A stretch of DNA of 64,000 nucleotides from Macrostomum lignano (Eukaryota). Positions 25,985-40,878 of the stretch are shown in pieces. The translations under genes and the position numbers were made by a program. The notes beneath the pieces are model-generated. The model saw only the letters and a list, made by a program, of their open reading frames with translations, did no database searches and had not been told where the DNA came from. The DNA lies in assembly GCA_002269645.1 (NCBI GenBank), contig NIVC01001420.1:1-64000 (forward strand), read 5' to 3'. The number at the start of each line of letters is the position of its first letter. Positions within the stretch are counted from its first letter, which is position 1.

Positions 25985-26490
25985 ATTAGAGAATCTCACT
26001 CTCTGCAAGAATTCCCCATTTGAGAATCTCCCTCAGTGTAAGAATTCCCCATTAAAGAATCTACCTCTGTAAGAATTCCCCTTTAGAGAATCTCCCTCTC
26101 TGCACGAATTCCCCATTAGAGAATCTCCCTCTATGCGAGAATTCCTCATTAGAGAATCTACTCTGCAAGAATTCCCCATTTGATAATCTCCCTCTGCACA
26201 AATTCCCCATTAGAGAATCCTTCTCTTTGAAAGAATTCGCCATTAGAGAGTCTCCCTCAGTCTAAGAACTCCCCATTAGGGAATCTCCCTCTCTGCACGA
26301 ATTCCCCATTAGAGAATCTCCCTGAGTGAGCATTCCCCATTAGAGAATCTCCCTATGAGAGAGAATTCTCCATTAGAGAATCCTCCTCAGTTGTAAGAAT
26401 TTTCCATTCAAGAATCTCCCCCTGTGTGAGAATTCCCCATTAGATAATCTCCCTCACGTACTGTAAGAATTCTCCATTAGAGAGTTTCCT
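25985..26490. repeat. Degenerate ~33-bp minisatellite (CCCCATTAGAGAATCTCCCTCTCTGCAAGAATT)
   Basis: About 14 diverged copies. Confidence 0.85.
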
Positions 26491-26921
26491 TCTCTGTGAA
26501 ATCACTCATAAAATTTCATACTAGTGGTTTTTTAGTTATCAGCATTTTGACAGACACATTCTGCACAACACAGATTAAAGACAAGCATTGTTTGTCTGCT
26601 CAAACTTCACTGCAGCCGACCTATTGAACACAGTTTAAGCCATGTGTTGTCATACGCTCGTACTTCGTAGAGCGATCGGACCAACTCCTCAACACAATTC
26701 AGTTCAATAAGTGATGAGACCTCACAAAAGAACCGCAATGAACGCTGAGGCTTTTTTCTTAGTCATGAGAAAGCTGGAGAAGACCAGCTCAAGACAAATA
26801 TTTGTCCAGTCAAAGTGAATTAGGCAGGAGCAAAAGCTGTGTGCGGTGCTTGCCGCTTGTGGCAGTCTGCTCTCCGATTTGGTGCTGTTTTCTCTCCGCA
26901 TTGTAGCTTGAGCAAACTGAA

Positions 26922-27316
<395 letters not shown>

Positions 27317-28091
27317 TACGTGTTTTTAGTTCTTTTTTGTTTTTATCATAAGCCTGGTATTTTTTTAGCTTGCTCTGTGAAGCAACCTCGGGAGTAGTGT
27401 CTCGGGTAATTGGCAAAGCTAAAAAAAGCTAATTCCAGCAGATGTGTTTACTGGGACTTATTTTAGTCCAGGTATTGCGATAGGTTCGCAGGTGTTGTCT
27501 CGAGACGATAGAGACTCGCTAAATGAAGAATTGCAGGATAGAGAGGGGGTGACGCTGCTATAGATAGGGAAGGGACTAATATCTGCGCATGAACTTAAAT
27601 CACCCCACTGGAACAAATAGCCGAATTTTTCTACTTTAAGTAATCATAGCGAGACTTACTGCTAATTGTTTTGAAATGGTAAATTTCGCTGTCGCTGTTT
27701 CTATTGCAAAGGCAGCACGCATTTAAATAGGTGCAGGTGTACAGCTGATTTAATCCACTACTCTCTTATTCACAAGTGCGCCGAAACTTTCTAACGAATG
27801 CTTTATTTCGTTCTAAAAAAGGAGACGCTGATTTCTATACTGCGGCTTGTAAATTAACAAATACGAGACAAGGGTTAGGCGTCAATGAAGGTGAAGGTTG
27901 GCTTCGGTATGGAGGCTAGCTCGGGTTCGCGGTGTTCATATGTGCATTGAAAATGTTAGCTTCTTGCCAACTGCTTCCCTGAATAGCTATGGATGACGTC
28001 ATCGTCCCTCAAAAGGCTCTGTGGAGTTAGAGGAGTCTTGGCTGAAGTAGGCTCAATTTGAAGATCTGTGCGACACGTCAGAATGTACATT

Positions 28092-28292
<201 letters not shown>

Positions 28293-28973
28293 GTCAGTCA
28301 GGACTCGCTAACGGTTAGAAATCAGAAAGACTTGTAGTCTTTAACTACATTAACTACAATGAAGTAGACATTGAGAGTGTATATGGTAGGCAATAGAAGT
28401 AGGTAGTCCAAGCGGTTTTCGAGCTAGGGCGCGCACTTACCAAATCAGCTTGACTTTGCTGAACAGGAGTATAGAAGAGGAGAGGAGAGGGCAGGACAGA
28501 GTACAGCAGTGAAGCAGCGGGCAGAGTACAGCGGCAGGGCGCATTTTCAGAGAGACAGGGGGAGGCACGGAGAAATGGGAGGAGAGAGAATTAGCATGAG
28601 GGCGCAGGATGGACAGCCCTTGGGAACCTCTCCTGCGGGAGCCAATAGACTCTGGGCTACTGATATCTGTTTAAAAGGGGAGCGGAATCGCCAGCGCACG
28701 TTCTATCGCGTCATCTTTCTTGCCTTCTTGGCCCAATACTAGCAGGGTGTGTTTTTAGGCTATAGTTCAAACAATATCGTGCTGTTGATTTCTGGACTTC
28801 ATTTTTCCCCGGCATATTTACCGGAAGTTAAACTGGGCGAACTGGCTGAACCAACATAGGAAAGTAGTGCTGACTCGAATATTTGAGGTCCCAGAGTTGA
28901 CAACAAAGTTGTCTTCGATCAAGGCGGTAAGTAATTAACTATTGACAACTAAACAGACAGGAAGACATTGACG

Positions 28974-29397
<424 letters not shown>

Positions 29398-30474
29398 CTC
29401 TTACGACTGTCTGTGTGTTTAGCGGGACCTGAGTTATGTTAATGCGTTACGTGGACCACGCAATTCCGGTTAAAAAATAGAGTCTGTTTTGACAACGCGA
29501 AAGGCTAGCTAGGGTTATCTTTTTGTTAACTTGACGGAATAGCCAGTTCGGGGAAACTGTGGTGGTTCACTAACTACGTTTTGGGGACCGGGTTAGGTGG
29601 ACCGCAAAAAAACAGTTGGTTTAGTTAGACCTCTTTCGTTGTAGAAAATTTATTGCTTTAAACTGTTCTTTTGAACTAATTAAAACAGAAATTCTCAAAA
29701 AGAACAGATAAAAGGGTTACGACGTCATTTAATGAAAATATCCCAAGTTCAAACCAATTTATTTAGCATTATTAATCGGGTTAATCGGGTTAAACAAATG
29801 TACGATCGCATTAGTTAGTTGCGTCGCGTGAATACAAGAAGGTGAATGAAAATAAAGCATTTTAAAAATAAATACCGAATCATATCAAATACTAACTGTA
29901 AACTCATTAAAACTAATTTAGGTCAAAATGTATGCTTCAAATACATGTTAACAAACGTAAGATTCCATTAGTTAATAAAGGTCATCCGAGTACGAGCCTA
30001 CAAGAAGTTGAAGGGCATTTTTAATAACGACAAAAGTTACTAAAACTGAAATTAAATTTATTTGACTACATCAGTCCTATTATACTGAATGAGTTGGTGA
30101 GCAATCATATGCTAAGCCAATCATTTTACCGACTTTCATCTTTTCGTTCACGCAGATGATGGCTTAATCTTCTTATTTTTTCTACGAAATATTCTCCTGG
30201 ACCTTCCCTGCCTCCGTGGTCCGGGAACGCTTCTGTTATTGATCTGTCATTGCCTCTCTCACGAAGTTCAGCTTACTCAGCCATCGAATCCGCTTTCGTC
30301 AGCTCAGCTCTATGATGAACCTTTCTATATTTCTCGTCAATTAGTGGTTTGAATCTTCTTTTAAAGTTCGTTTTAACCTTCATCTCGGTGAAACGCAGTC
30401 AGTCTCGTCGAGATCAGGCGAACAAAATCAACCACAGGCTCCTACAAAGGTAGAAAATAAAATTAACTGACAAT

Positions 30475-33400
30475 CAAACAGACACAGAAATCTGTTCCAG
30501 TTGTGTCTGTAGGTTATGTGGACCACCTGAGAGCCAGAGCCTCAAACAGACAGAGAAATCTGTTCGAGTTGTGTCTGTAGGTTAGATGGACCAGCTATTC
30601 TACAGCACTTCTAGGCGATAATCTGAGCCAGGAATCTCCAAGAGCCTCTCGTTACACATCCAGATGTTCTGCCTTGATGCTGGACTAGCTCACTTTCTAG
30701 GAATCTGTTCTGATTGCATTCTAACAAACTGAAGCATTCTCGGCACTAAACTTTCTCGGCGGCTCTGAGAGCCAGAGCCTCAAACAGACAGAGAAATCTG
30801 TTCGAGTTGTGTCTGTAGGTTAGGTGGACCAGCTATTCTACAGCACTTCTAGGCGATAATCTGAGCCAGGAATCTCCGAGAGCCTCTCGTTACACATCCA
30901 GATGTTCTGCCTTGATGCTGGACTAGCTCACTTTCTAGGAATCTGTTCTGATTACATTCTAACAAACTGAAGCATTCTCGGCACTAAACTTTCTCAGCGG
31001 CTCTGAGATCCAGAGCCTCAAACAGACAGAAATCTGTTCGAGTTGTGTCTGTAGGTTAGGTGGACCAGCTACTCCACAGCACTTCTAGGCGATAATCTGA
31101 GCCAGGAGTCTTCGAGAGACTTTCGTTACACATCCAGATGTTCTGCCTTGATGCTGGACTAGCTCACTTTCTAGGAATCTGTTCTGATTGCATTCTAACA
31201 AACTGAAGCATTTTCTGCACTAAACTTTCTCGGCGGCTCTAAGAGCCAGAGCCTAAACAGACAGAGAAATCTGCTCGAGTTGTGTCTGTAGGTTAGGTGG
31301 ACCACCTTCTGAGAAACAAAGCCTCAAACAGACTGAGAGAGCTGCTTCAGTTCTGTCTGTAGGTTATGTGGACCATTTAAGAGCCAGAGTCTCAAACAGA
31401 CAGAGAAATCTGTTCGAGTTGTGTCTGTAGGTTAGGTGGACCAGCTATTCTACAGCACTTCTAGACGATAATCCGAGCCAGGAATCTCCGAGAGCCTCTC
31501 GTTACACATCCAGATGTTCTGCCTTGATGCTGGACTAGCTCACTTTCTAGGAATCTGTTCTGATTGCATTCTAACAAACTGAAGCATTTTCTGCACTAAA
31601 CTTTCTCGGTGGCTCTAAGAGCCAGAGCCTAAACAGACAGAGAAATCTGCTTGAGGAGTTGTGTCTGTAGGTTAGGTGGACCACCTTCTGAGAGACAAAG
31701 CCTCAAACAGACTGAGAGAGCTGCTTCAGTTCTGTTTGTAGGTTATGTGGACCATTTAAGAGCCAGAGCCTCAAACAGACAGAGAAATCTGTTCGAGTTG
31801 TGTCTGTATGTTAGGTGGACCAGCTATTCTACAGCACTTCTAGGCGATAATCTGAGCCAGGAATCTCCAAGAGCCTCTCGTTACACATCCAGATGTTCTG
31901 CCTTGATGCTGGACTAGCTCACTTTCTAGGAATCTGTTCTGATTGCATTCTAACAAACTGAAGCATTCTCGGCACTAAACTTTCTCAGCGGCTCTGAGAG
32001 CCAGAGCCTCAAACAGACAGAGAAATCTGTTCGAGTTGTGTCTGTAGGTTAGGTGGACCAGCTACTCCACAGCACTTCTAGGCGATAATCTGAGCCAGGA
32101 ATCTCCGAGAGCCTCTCGTTACACATCCAGATGTTCTGCCTTGATGCTGGACTAGCTCACTTTCTAGGAATCTGTTCTGATTGCATTCTAACAAACTGAA
32201 GCATTCTCGGCACTAAACTTTCTCAGCGGCTCTGAGAGCCAGAGCCTCAAACAGACAGAAATCTGTTCGAGTTGTGTCTGTAGGTTAGATGGACCAGCTA
32301 TTCTACAGCACTTCTAGGCGATAATCTGAGCCAGGAATCTCCAAGAGCCTCTCGTTACACATCCAGATGTTCTGCCTTGATGCTGGACTAGCTCACTTTC
32401 TAGGAATCTGTTCTGATTGCATTCTAACAAACTGAAGCATTCTCGGCACTAAACTTTCTCGGCGGCTCTGAGAGACAGAGCCTCAAACAGACAGAGAAAT
32501 CTGTTCGAGTTGTGTCTGTAGGTTAGGTGGACCAGCTATTCTACAGCACTTCTAGGCGATAATCTGAGCCAGGAATCTCCGAGAGCCTTTCGTTACACAT
32601 CCAGATGTTCTGCCTTGATGCTGGACTAGCTCACTTTCTAGGAATCTGTTCTGATTACATTCTAACAAACTGAAGCATTCTCGGCACTAAACTTTCTCAG
32701 CGGCTCTGAGATCCAGAGCCTCAAACAGACAGAAATCTGTTCGAGTTGTGTCTGTAGGTTAGATGGACCAGCTACTCCACAGCACTTCTAGGCGATAATC
32801 TGAGCCAGGAGTCTTCGAGAGACTTTCGTTACACATCCAGATGTTCTGCCTTGATGCTGGACTAGCTCACTTTCTAGGAATCTGTTCTGATTGCATTGTA
32901 ACAAACTGAAGCATTTTCTGCACTAAACTTTCTCGGCGGCTCTAAGAGCCAGAGCCTAAACAGACAGAGAAATCTGCTCGAGTTGTGTCTGTAGGTTAGG
33001 TGGACCACCTTCTGAGAGACAAAGCCTCAAACAGACTGAGAGAGCTGCTTCAGTTCTGTCTGTAGGTTATGTGGACCATTTAAGAGCCAGAGCCTCAAAC
33101 AGACAGAGAAATCTGTTCGAGTTGTGTCTTTAGGTTAGGTGGACCAGCTATTCTACAGCACTTCTAGGCGATAATCCGAGCCAGGAATCTCCGAGAGCCT
33201 CTCGTTACACATCCAGATGTTTTGCCTTGATGCTGGACTAGCTCACTTTCTAGGAATCTGTTCTGATTGCATTCTAACAAACTGAAGCATTTTCTGCACT
33301 AAACTTTCTCGGTGGCTCTAAGAGCCAGAGCCTAAACAGACAGAGAAATCTGCTCGAGTTGTGTCTGTAGGTTAGGTGGACCACCTTCTGAGAGACAAAG

Positions 33401-36400
33401 CCTCAAACAGACTGAGAGAGCTGCTTCAGTTCTGTTTGTAGGTTATGTGGACCATTTAAGAGCCAGAGCCTCAAACAGACAGAGAAATCTGTTCGAGTTG
33501 TGTCTGTATGTTAGGTGGACCAGCTATTCTACAGCACTTCTAGGCGATAATCTGAGCCAGGAATCTCCGAGAGCCTCTCGTTACACATCCAGATGTTCTG
33601 CCTTGATGCTGGACTAGCTCACTTTCTAGCATACATGCGCAACAGTCGGCCGAGTCGGCCGATCCGGCCGACCGATTTGGCGGCCAACCAAGGTAAGTCG
33701 CAAAAATGCCCACCCGAAAGAATCATACGTAGTACTAATTAGATGACGAGGCATTTAGCCCTTATAAGACAGTTATAGTTACTCCTGCCGTTTACCCAAA
33801 ATTGCGTTCATTTTGCTTAAGGGTTTCTTTTACAGGTAAGTCGCATTTTTGGCCAAAAACTACGTCGCATTTTTTGTTAAAACTAAGTCGCACGGCCGAC
33901 CGAATTTTGGAGGTTGCGCATGTATGCTTTCTAGGAATCTGTTCTGATTGCATTCTAACAAACTGAAGCATTCTCGGCACTAAACTTTCTCGGCGGCTCT
34001 GAGAGCCAGAGCCTTAAACAGACAGAAATCTGTTCGAGTTGTGTCTGTAGGTTAGATGGACCAGCTATTCTACAGCACTTCTAGGCGATAATCTGAGCCA
34101 GGAATCTCCAAGAGCCTCTCGTTACACATCCAGATGTTCTGCCTTGATGCTGGACTAGCTCACTTTCTAGGAATCTGTTCTGATTGCATTCTAACAAACT
34201 GAAGCATTCTCGGCACTAAACTTTCTCGGCGGCTCTGAGAGCCAGAGCCTCAAACAGACAGAGAAATCTGTTCGAGTTGTGTCTGTAGGTTAGGTGGACC
34301 AGCTATTCTACAGCACTTCTAGGCGATAATCTGAGCCAGGAATCTCCGAGAGCCTCTCGTTACACATCCAGATGTTCTGCCTTGATGCTGGACTAGCTCA
34401 CTTTCTAGGAATCTGTTCTGATTACATTCTAACAAACTGAAGAATTCTCGGCACTAAACTTTCTCAGCGGCTCTGGGATCCAGAGCCTCAAACAGACAGA
34501 AATCTGTTCGAGTTGTGTCTGTAGGTTAGGTGGACCAGCTACTCCACAGCACTTCTAGGCGATAATCTGAGCCAGGAGTCTTCGAGAGACTTTCGTTACA
34601 CATCCAGATGTTCTGCCTTGATGCTGGACTAGCTCACGTTCTAGGAATCTGTTCTGATTGCATTGTAACAAACTGAAGCATTTTCTGCACTAAACTTTCT
34701 CGGCGGCTCTAAGAGCCAGAGCCTAAACAGACAGAGAAATCTGCTCGAGTTGTGTCTGTAGGTTAGGTGGACCACCTTCTGAGAGACAAAGCCTCAAACA
34801 GACTGAGAGAGCTGCTTCAGTTCTGTCTGTAGGTTATGTGGACCATTTAAGAGCCAGAGCCTCAAACAGACAGAAATCTGTTCGAGTTGTGTCTGTAGGT
34901 TAGGTGGACCAGCTACTCCACAGCACTTCTAGGCGATAATCCGAGCCAGGAATCTCCGAGAGCCTCTCGTTACACATCCAGATGTTCTGCCTTGATGCTG
35001 GACTAGCTCACTTTCTAGGAATCTGTTCTGATTGCATTCTAACAAACTGAAGCATTTTCTGCACTAAACTTTCTCGGTGGCTCTAAGAGCCAGAGCCTAA
35101 ACAGACAGAGAAATCTGCTCGAGTTGTGTCTGTAGGTTAGGTGGACCACCTTCTGAGAGACAAAGCCTCAAACAGACTGAGAGAGCTGCTTCAGTTCTGT
35201 CTGTAGGTTATGTGGACCATTTAAGAGCCAGAGCCTCAAACAGACAGAGAAATCTGTTCGAGTTGTGTCTGTAGGTTAGGTGGACCAGCTATTCTACAGC
35301 ACTTCTAGGCGATAATCCGAGCCAGGAATCTCTAAGAGCCTCTCGTTACGCATCCAGATGTTCTGCCTTGATGCTGGACTAGCTCACTTTCTAGGAATCT
35401 GTTCTGATTGCATTCTAACAAACTGAAGCATTCTCGGCACTAAACTTTCTCGGCGGCTCTAAGAGCCAGAGCCTCAAACAGACAGAGAAATCTGTTCGAG
35501 TTGTGTCTGTAAGTTAGATGGACCAGCTATTCTACAGCACTTCTAGGCGATAATCTGAGCCAGGAATCTCCGAGAGCCTCTCGTTACACATCCAGATGTT
35601 CTGCCTTGATGCTGGACTAGCTCACATTCTAGGAATCTGTTCTGATTGCATTCTAACAAACTGAAGCATTCTCGGCAACAAAAAATTCTCGGCGGCTCTG
35701 AGAGCCAGAGCCTCAAACAGACAGAGAAATCTGTTCGAGTTGAGTCTGTAGGTTAGGTGGACCAGCTACTCCACAGCACTTCTAGGCGATAATCTGAGCC
35801 AGGAATCTCCGAGAGCCTCTCGTTACACATCCAGATGTTCTGCCTTGATGCTGGACTAGCTCACTTTCTAGGAATCTGTTCTGATTGCATTCTAACAAAC
35901 TGAAGCATTCTCGGCACTAAACTTTCTCGGCGGCTCTGACAGCCAGAGCCTTAAACAGACAGAAATCTGTTCGAGTTGTGTCTGTAGGTTAGATGGACCA
36001 GCTATTCTACAGCACTTCTAGGCGATAATCTGAGCCAGGAATCTCCAAGAGCCTCTCGTTACACATCCAGATGTTCTGCCTTGATGCTGGACTAGCTCAC
36101 TTTCTAGGAATCTGTTCTGATTGCATTCTAACAAACTGAAGCATTCTCGGCACTAAACTTTCTCGGCGGCTCTGAGAGCCAGAGCCTCAAACAGACAGAG
36201 AAATCTGTTCGAGTTGTGTCTGTAGGTTAGGTGGACCAGCTATTCTACAGCACTTCTAGGCGATAATCTGAGCCAGGAATCTCCGAGAGCCTCTCGTTAC
36301 ACATCCAGATGTTCTGCCTTGATGCTGGACTAGCTCACTTTCTAGGAATCTGTTCTGATTGCATTCTAACAAACTGAAGCATTCTCGGCACTAAACTTTC

Positions 36401-39400
36401 TCAGCGGCTCTGGGATCCAGAGCCTCAAACAGACAGAAATCTGTTCGAGTTGTGTCTGTAGGTTAGGTGGACCAGCTACTCCACAGCACTTCTAGGCGAT
36501 AATCTGAGCCAGGAGTCTTCGAGAGACTTTCGTTACACATCCAGATGTTCTGCCTTGATGCTGGACTAGCTCACGTTCTAGGAATCTGTTCTGATTGCAT
36601 TGTAACAAACTGAAGCATTTTCTGCACTAAACTTTCTCGGCGGCTCTAAGAGCCAGAGCCTAAACAGACAGAGAAATCTGCTCGAGTTGTGTCTGTAGGT
36701 TAGGTGGACCACCTTCTGAGAGACAAAGCCTCAAACAGACTGAGAGAGCTGCTTCAGTTCTGTCTGTAGGTTATGTGGACCATTCAAGAGCCAGAGCCTC
36801 AAACAGACAGAAATCTGTTCGAGTTGTGTCTGTAGGTTAGGTGGACCAGCTACTCCACAGCACTTCTAGGCGATAATCCGAGCCAGGAATCTCCGAGAGC
36901 CTCTCGTTACACATCCAGATGTTCTGCCTTGATGCTGGACTAGCTCACTTTCTAGGAATCTGTTCTGATTGCATTCTAACAAACTGAAGCATTTTCTGCA
37001 CTAAACTTTCTCGGTGGCTCTAAGAGCCAGAGCCTAAACAGAAAGAAAAATCTGCTCGAGTTGTGTCTGTAGGTTAGGTGGACCACCTTCTGAGAGACAA
37101 AGCCTCAAACAGACTGAGAGAGCTGCTTCAGTTCTGTTTGTAGGTTATGTGGACCATTTAAGAGCCAGAGCCTCAAACAGACAGAGAAATCTGTTCGAGT
37201 TGTGTCTGTAGGTTAGATGGACCAGCTATTCTACAGCACTTCTAGGCGATAATCTGAGCCAGGAATCTCCAAGAGCCTCTCGTTACACATCCAGATGTTC
37301 TGCCTTGATGCTGGACTAGCTCACTTTCTAGGAATCTGTTCTGATTGCATTCTAACAAACTGAAGCATTCTCGGCACTAAACTTTCTCGGCGGCTCTGAG
37401 AGCCAGAGCCTCAAACAGACAGAGAAATCTGTTCGAGTTGTGTCTGTAGGTTAGGTGGACCAGCTATTCTACAGCACTTCTAGGCGATAATCTGAGCCAG
37501 GAGTCTTCGAGAGACTTTCGTTACACATCCAGATGTTCTGCCTTGATGCTGGACTAGCTCACGTTCTAGGAATCTGTTCTGATTGCATTGTAACAAACTG
37601 AAGCATTTTCTGCACTAAACTTTCTCGGCGGCTCTAAGAGCCAGAGCCTAAACAGACAGAGAAATCTGCTCGAATTGTGTCTGTAGGTTAGGTGGACCAC
37701 CTTCTGAGAGACAAAGCCTCAAACAGACTGAGAGAGCTGCTTCAGTTCTGTCTGTAGGTTATGTGGACCATTTAAGAGCCAGAGCCTCAAACAGACAGAG
37801 AAATCTGTTCGAGTTGTGTCTGTAGGTTAGGTGGACCAGCTATTCTACAGCACTTCTAGGCGATAATCCGAGCCAGGAATCTCCGAGAGCCTCTCGTTAC
37901 ACATCCAGATGTTCTGCCTTGATGCTGGACTAGCTCACTTTCTAGGAATCTGTTCTGATTGCATTCTAACAAACTGAAGCATTTTCTGCACTAAACTTTC
38001 TCGGTGGCTCTAAGAGCCAGAGCCTAAACAGACAGAGAAATCTGCTCGAGTTGTGTCTGTAGGTTAGGTGGACCACCTTCTGAGAGACAAAGCCTCAAAC
38101 AGACTGAGAGAGCTGCTTCAGTTCTGTCTGTAGGTTATGTGGACCATTTAAGAGCCAGAGCCTCAAACAGACAGAGAAATCTGTTCGAGTTGTGTCTTTA
38201 GGTTAGGTGGACCAGCTATTCTACAGCACTTCTAGGCGATAATCTGAGCCAGGAATCTCCGAGAGCCTCTCGTTACACATCCAGATGTTCTGCCTTGATG
38301 CTGGACTAGCTCACTTTCTAGGAATCTGTTCTGATTGCATTCTAACAAACTGAAGCATTCTCGGCACTAAATTTTCTCGGCGGCTCTGAGAGCCAGAGCC
38401 TCAAACAGACAGAGAAATCTGTTCGAGTTGTGTCTGTAGGTTAGGTGGACCAGCTATTCTACAGCACTTCTAGGCGATAATCTGAGCCAGGAATCTCCAA
38501 GAGCCTCTCGTTACACATCCAGATGTTCTGCCTTGATGCTGGACTAGCTTACTTTCTAGGAATCTGTTCTGATTACATTCTAACAAACTGAAGCATTCTC
38601 GGCACTAAACTTTCTCGGCGGCTCTGAGAGCCAGAGCCTCAAACAGACAGAAATCTGTTCGAGTTGTGTCTGTAGGTTAGGTGGACCAGCTACTCCACAG
38701 CACTTCTAGGCGATAATCTGAGCCAGGAGTCTTCGAGAGACTTTCGTTACACATCCAGATGTTCTGCCTTGATGCTGGACTAGCTCACTTTCTAGGAATC
38801 TGTTCTGATTGCATTGTAACAAACTGAAGCATTTTCTGCACTAAACTTTCTCGGCGGCTCTAAGAGCCAGAGCCTAAACAGACAGAGAAATCTGCTCGAG
38901 TTGTGTCTGTAGGTTAGGTGGACCACCTTCTGAGAGACAAAGCCTCAAACAGACTGAGAGAGCTGCTTCAGTTCTGTCTGTAGGTTATGTGGACCATTTA
39001 AGAGCCAGAGCCTCAAACAGACAGAGAAATCTGTTCGAGTTGTGTCTGTAGGTTAGGTGGACCAGCTATTCTACAGCACTTCTAGGCGATAATCCGAGCC
39101 AGGAATCTCTAAGAGCCTCTCGTTACGCATCCAGATGTTCTGCCTTGATGCTGGACTAGCTCACTTTCTAGGAATCTGTTCTGATTGCATTCTAACAAAC
39201 TGAAGCATTCTCGGCACTAAACTTTCTCGGCGGCTCTAAGAGCCAGAGCCTCAAACAGACAGAGAAATCTGTTCGAGTTGTGTCTGTAAGTTAGATGGAC
39301 CAGCTATTCTACAGCACTTCTAGGCGATAATCTGAGCCAGGAATCTCCGAGAGCCTCTCGTTACACATCCAGATGTTCTGCCTTGATGCTGGACTAGCTC

Positions 39401-40878
39401 ACATTCTAGGAATCTGTTCTGATTGCATTCTAACAAACTGAAGCATTCTCGGCAACAAAAAATTCTCGGCGGCTCTGAGAGCCAGAGCCTAAACAGACAG
39501 AGAAATCTGTTCGAGTTGAGTCTGTAGGTTAGGTGGACCAGCTACTCCACAGCACTTCTAGGCGATAATCTGAGCCAGGAATCTCCGAGAGCCTCTCGTT
39601 ACACATCCAGATGTTCTGCCTTGATGCTGGACTAGCTCACTTTCTAGGAATCTGTTCTGATTGCATTCTAACAAACTGAAGCATTCTCGGCACTAAACTT
39701 TCTCGGCGGCTCTGAGAGCCAGAGCCTCAAACAGACAGAGAAATCTGTTCGAGTTGTGTCTGTAGGTTAGGTGGACCAGCTACTCCACAGCACTTCTAGG
39801 CGATAATCTGAGCCAGGAATCTTCAAGAGACTTTCGTTACACATCCAGATGTTCTGCCTTGATGCTGGACTAGCTCACTTTCTAGGAATCTGTTCTGATT
39901 GCATTCTAACAAACTGAAGCATTCTCGGCACTAAATTTTCTCGGCGGTTCTGAGAGCCAGAGCTTCAAACAGACAGAGAAATCTGTTCGAGTTGTGTCTG
40001 TAGGTTAGGTGGACCAGCTATTCTACAGCACTTCTAGGCGATAATCCGAGCCAGGAATCTCCGAGAGCCTCTCGTTACACATCCAGATGTTCTGCCTTGA
40101 TGCTGGACTAGCTCACTTTCTAAGAATCTGTTCTGATTGCATTCTAACAAACTGAAGCATTCTCGGCACTAAATTTTCTCGGCGGCTCTGAGAGCCAGAG
40201 CCTCAAACAGACAGAAATCTGTTCGAGTTGTGTCTGTAGGTTAGGTGGACCAGCTATTCTACAGCACTTCTAGGCGATAATCCGAGCCAGGAGTCTCCGA
40301 GAGCCTCTCGTTACACATCCAGATGTTCTGCCTTGATGCTGGACTAGCTCACTTTCTAGGAATCTGTTCTGATTGCATTCTAACAAACTGAAGCATTTTC
40401 TGCACTAAACTTTCTCGGCGGCTCTGAGAGCCAGAGCCCTAAACAGACAGAGAAATCTGTTCGAGTTGTGTCTGTAGGTTAGGTGGACCACCTTCTGAGA
40501 GACAAAGCCTCAAACAGACTGAGAGAGCTGCTTCAGTTCTGTCTGTAGGTTATGTGGACCACCTAATAGCCAGAGCTCTAAACAGACAGAGAAATCTGTT
40601 CGAGTTGTGTCTGTAGGTTAGGTGGACCAGCTATTCTATAGCACTTCTAGGCGATAATCTGAGCCAGGAATCTCCGAGAGCCTCTCGTTACACATCCAGA
40701 TGTTCTGCCTTGATGCTGGACTAGCTCACTTTCTAGGAATATGTTCTGATTGCATTCTAACAAACTGAAGCATTCTCGGCACTAAACTTTCTCAGCGGCT
40801 CTGAGAGCCAGAGCCTCAAACAGACAGAGAAATCTGTTCGAGTTGTGTCTGTAGGTTAGGTGGACCAGCTTCTCTACA
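30475..40878. repeat. Complex satellite: ~237-bp monomers plus ~70-bp short monomers in higher-order blocks
   Basis: GAGCCAGAGC heads at 30531, 30769 and 31007 give a 238-bp period. By eye about 35 long monomers and 12 short-monomer pairs, all starting with the same ~60-bp head ending GTGGACCA. Confidence 0.97.
33630..33926. mobile_element. hAT-type MITE (297 bp) inserted in one satellite monomer
   Basis: Perfect 14-bp TIR CATACATGCGCAAC / GTTGCGCATGTATG; perfect 8-bp TSD CTTTCTAG at 33622-33629 and 33927-33934, fitting the hAT nTnnnnAn pattern; subterminal AAGTCGCA repeats. Confidence 0.92.

Noticed and set aside
25985-26490. NF-kB or heat-shock element cluster
   Set aside because: GGGGAATTCT misses the kB consensus end, and GAATTC lacks the nGAAnnTTCn spacing.
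30475-40878. CRISPR-like repeat/spacer array
   Set aside because: The tails between conserved heads are repeated, not unique spacers; eukaryotic context; no cas genes.
30475-40878. Hammerhead ribozyme in the satellite, as in schistosome or newt satellites
   Set aside because: No CUGANGA core followed by stem II and GAAA found on either strand by eye; a covariance-model search would be the formal test.
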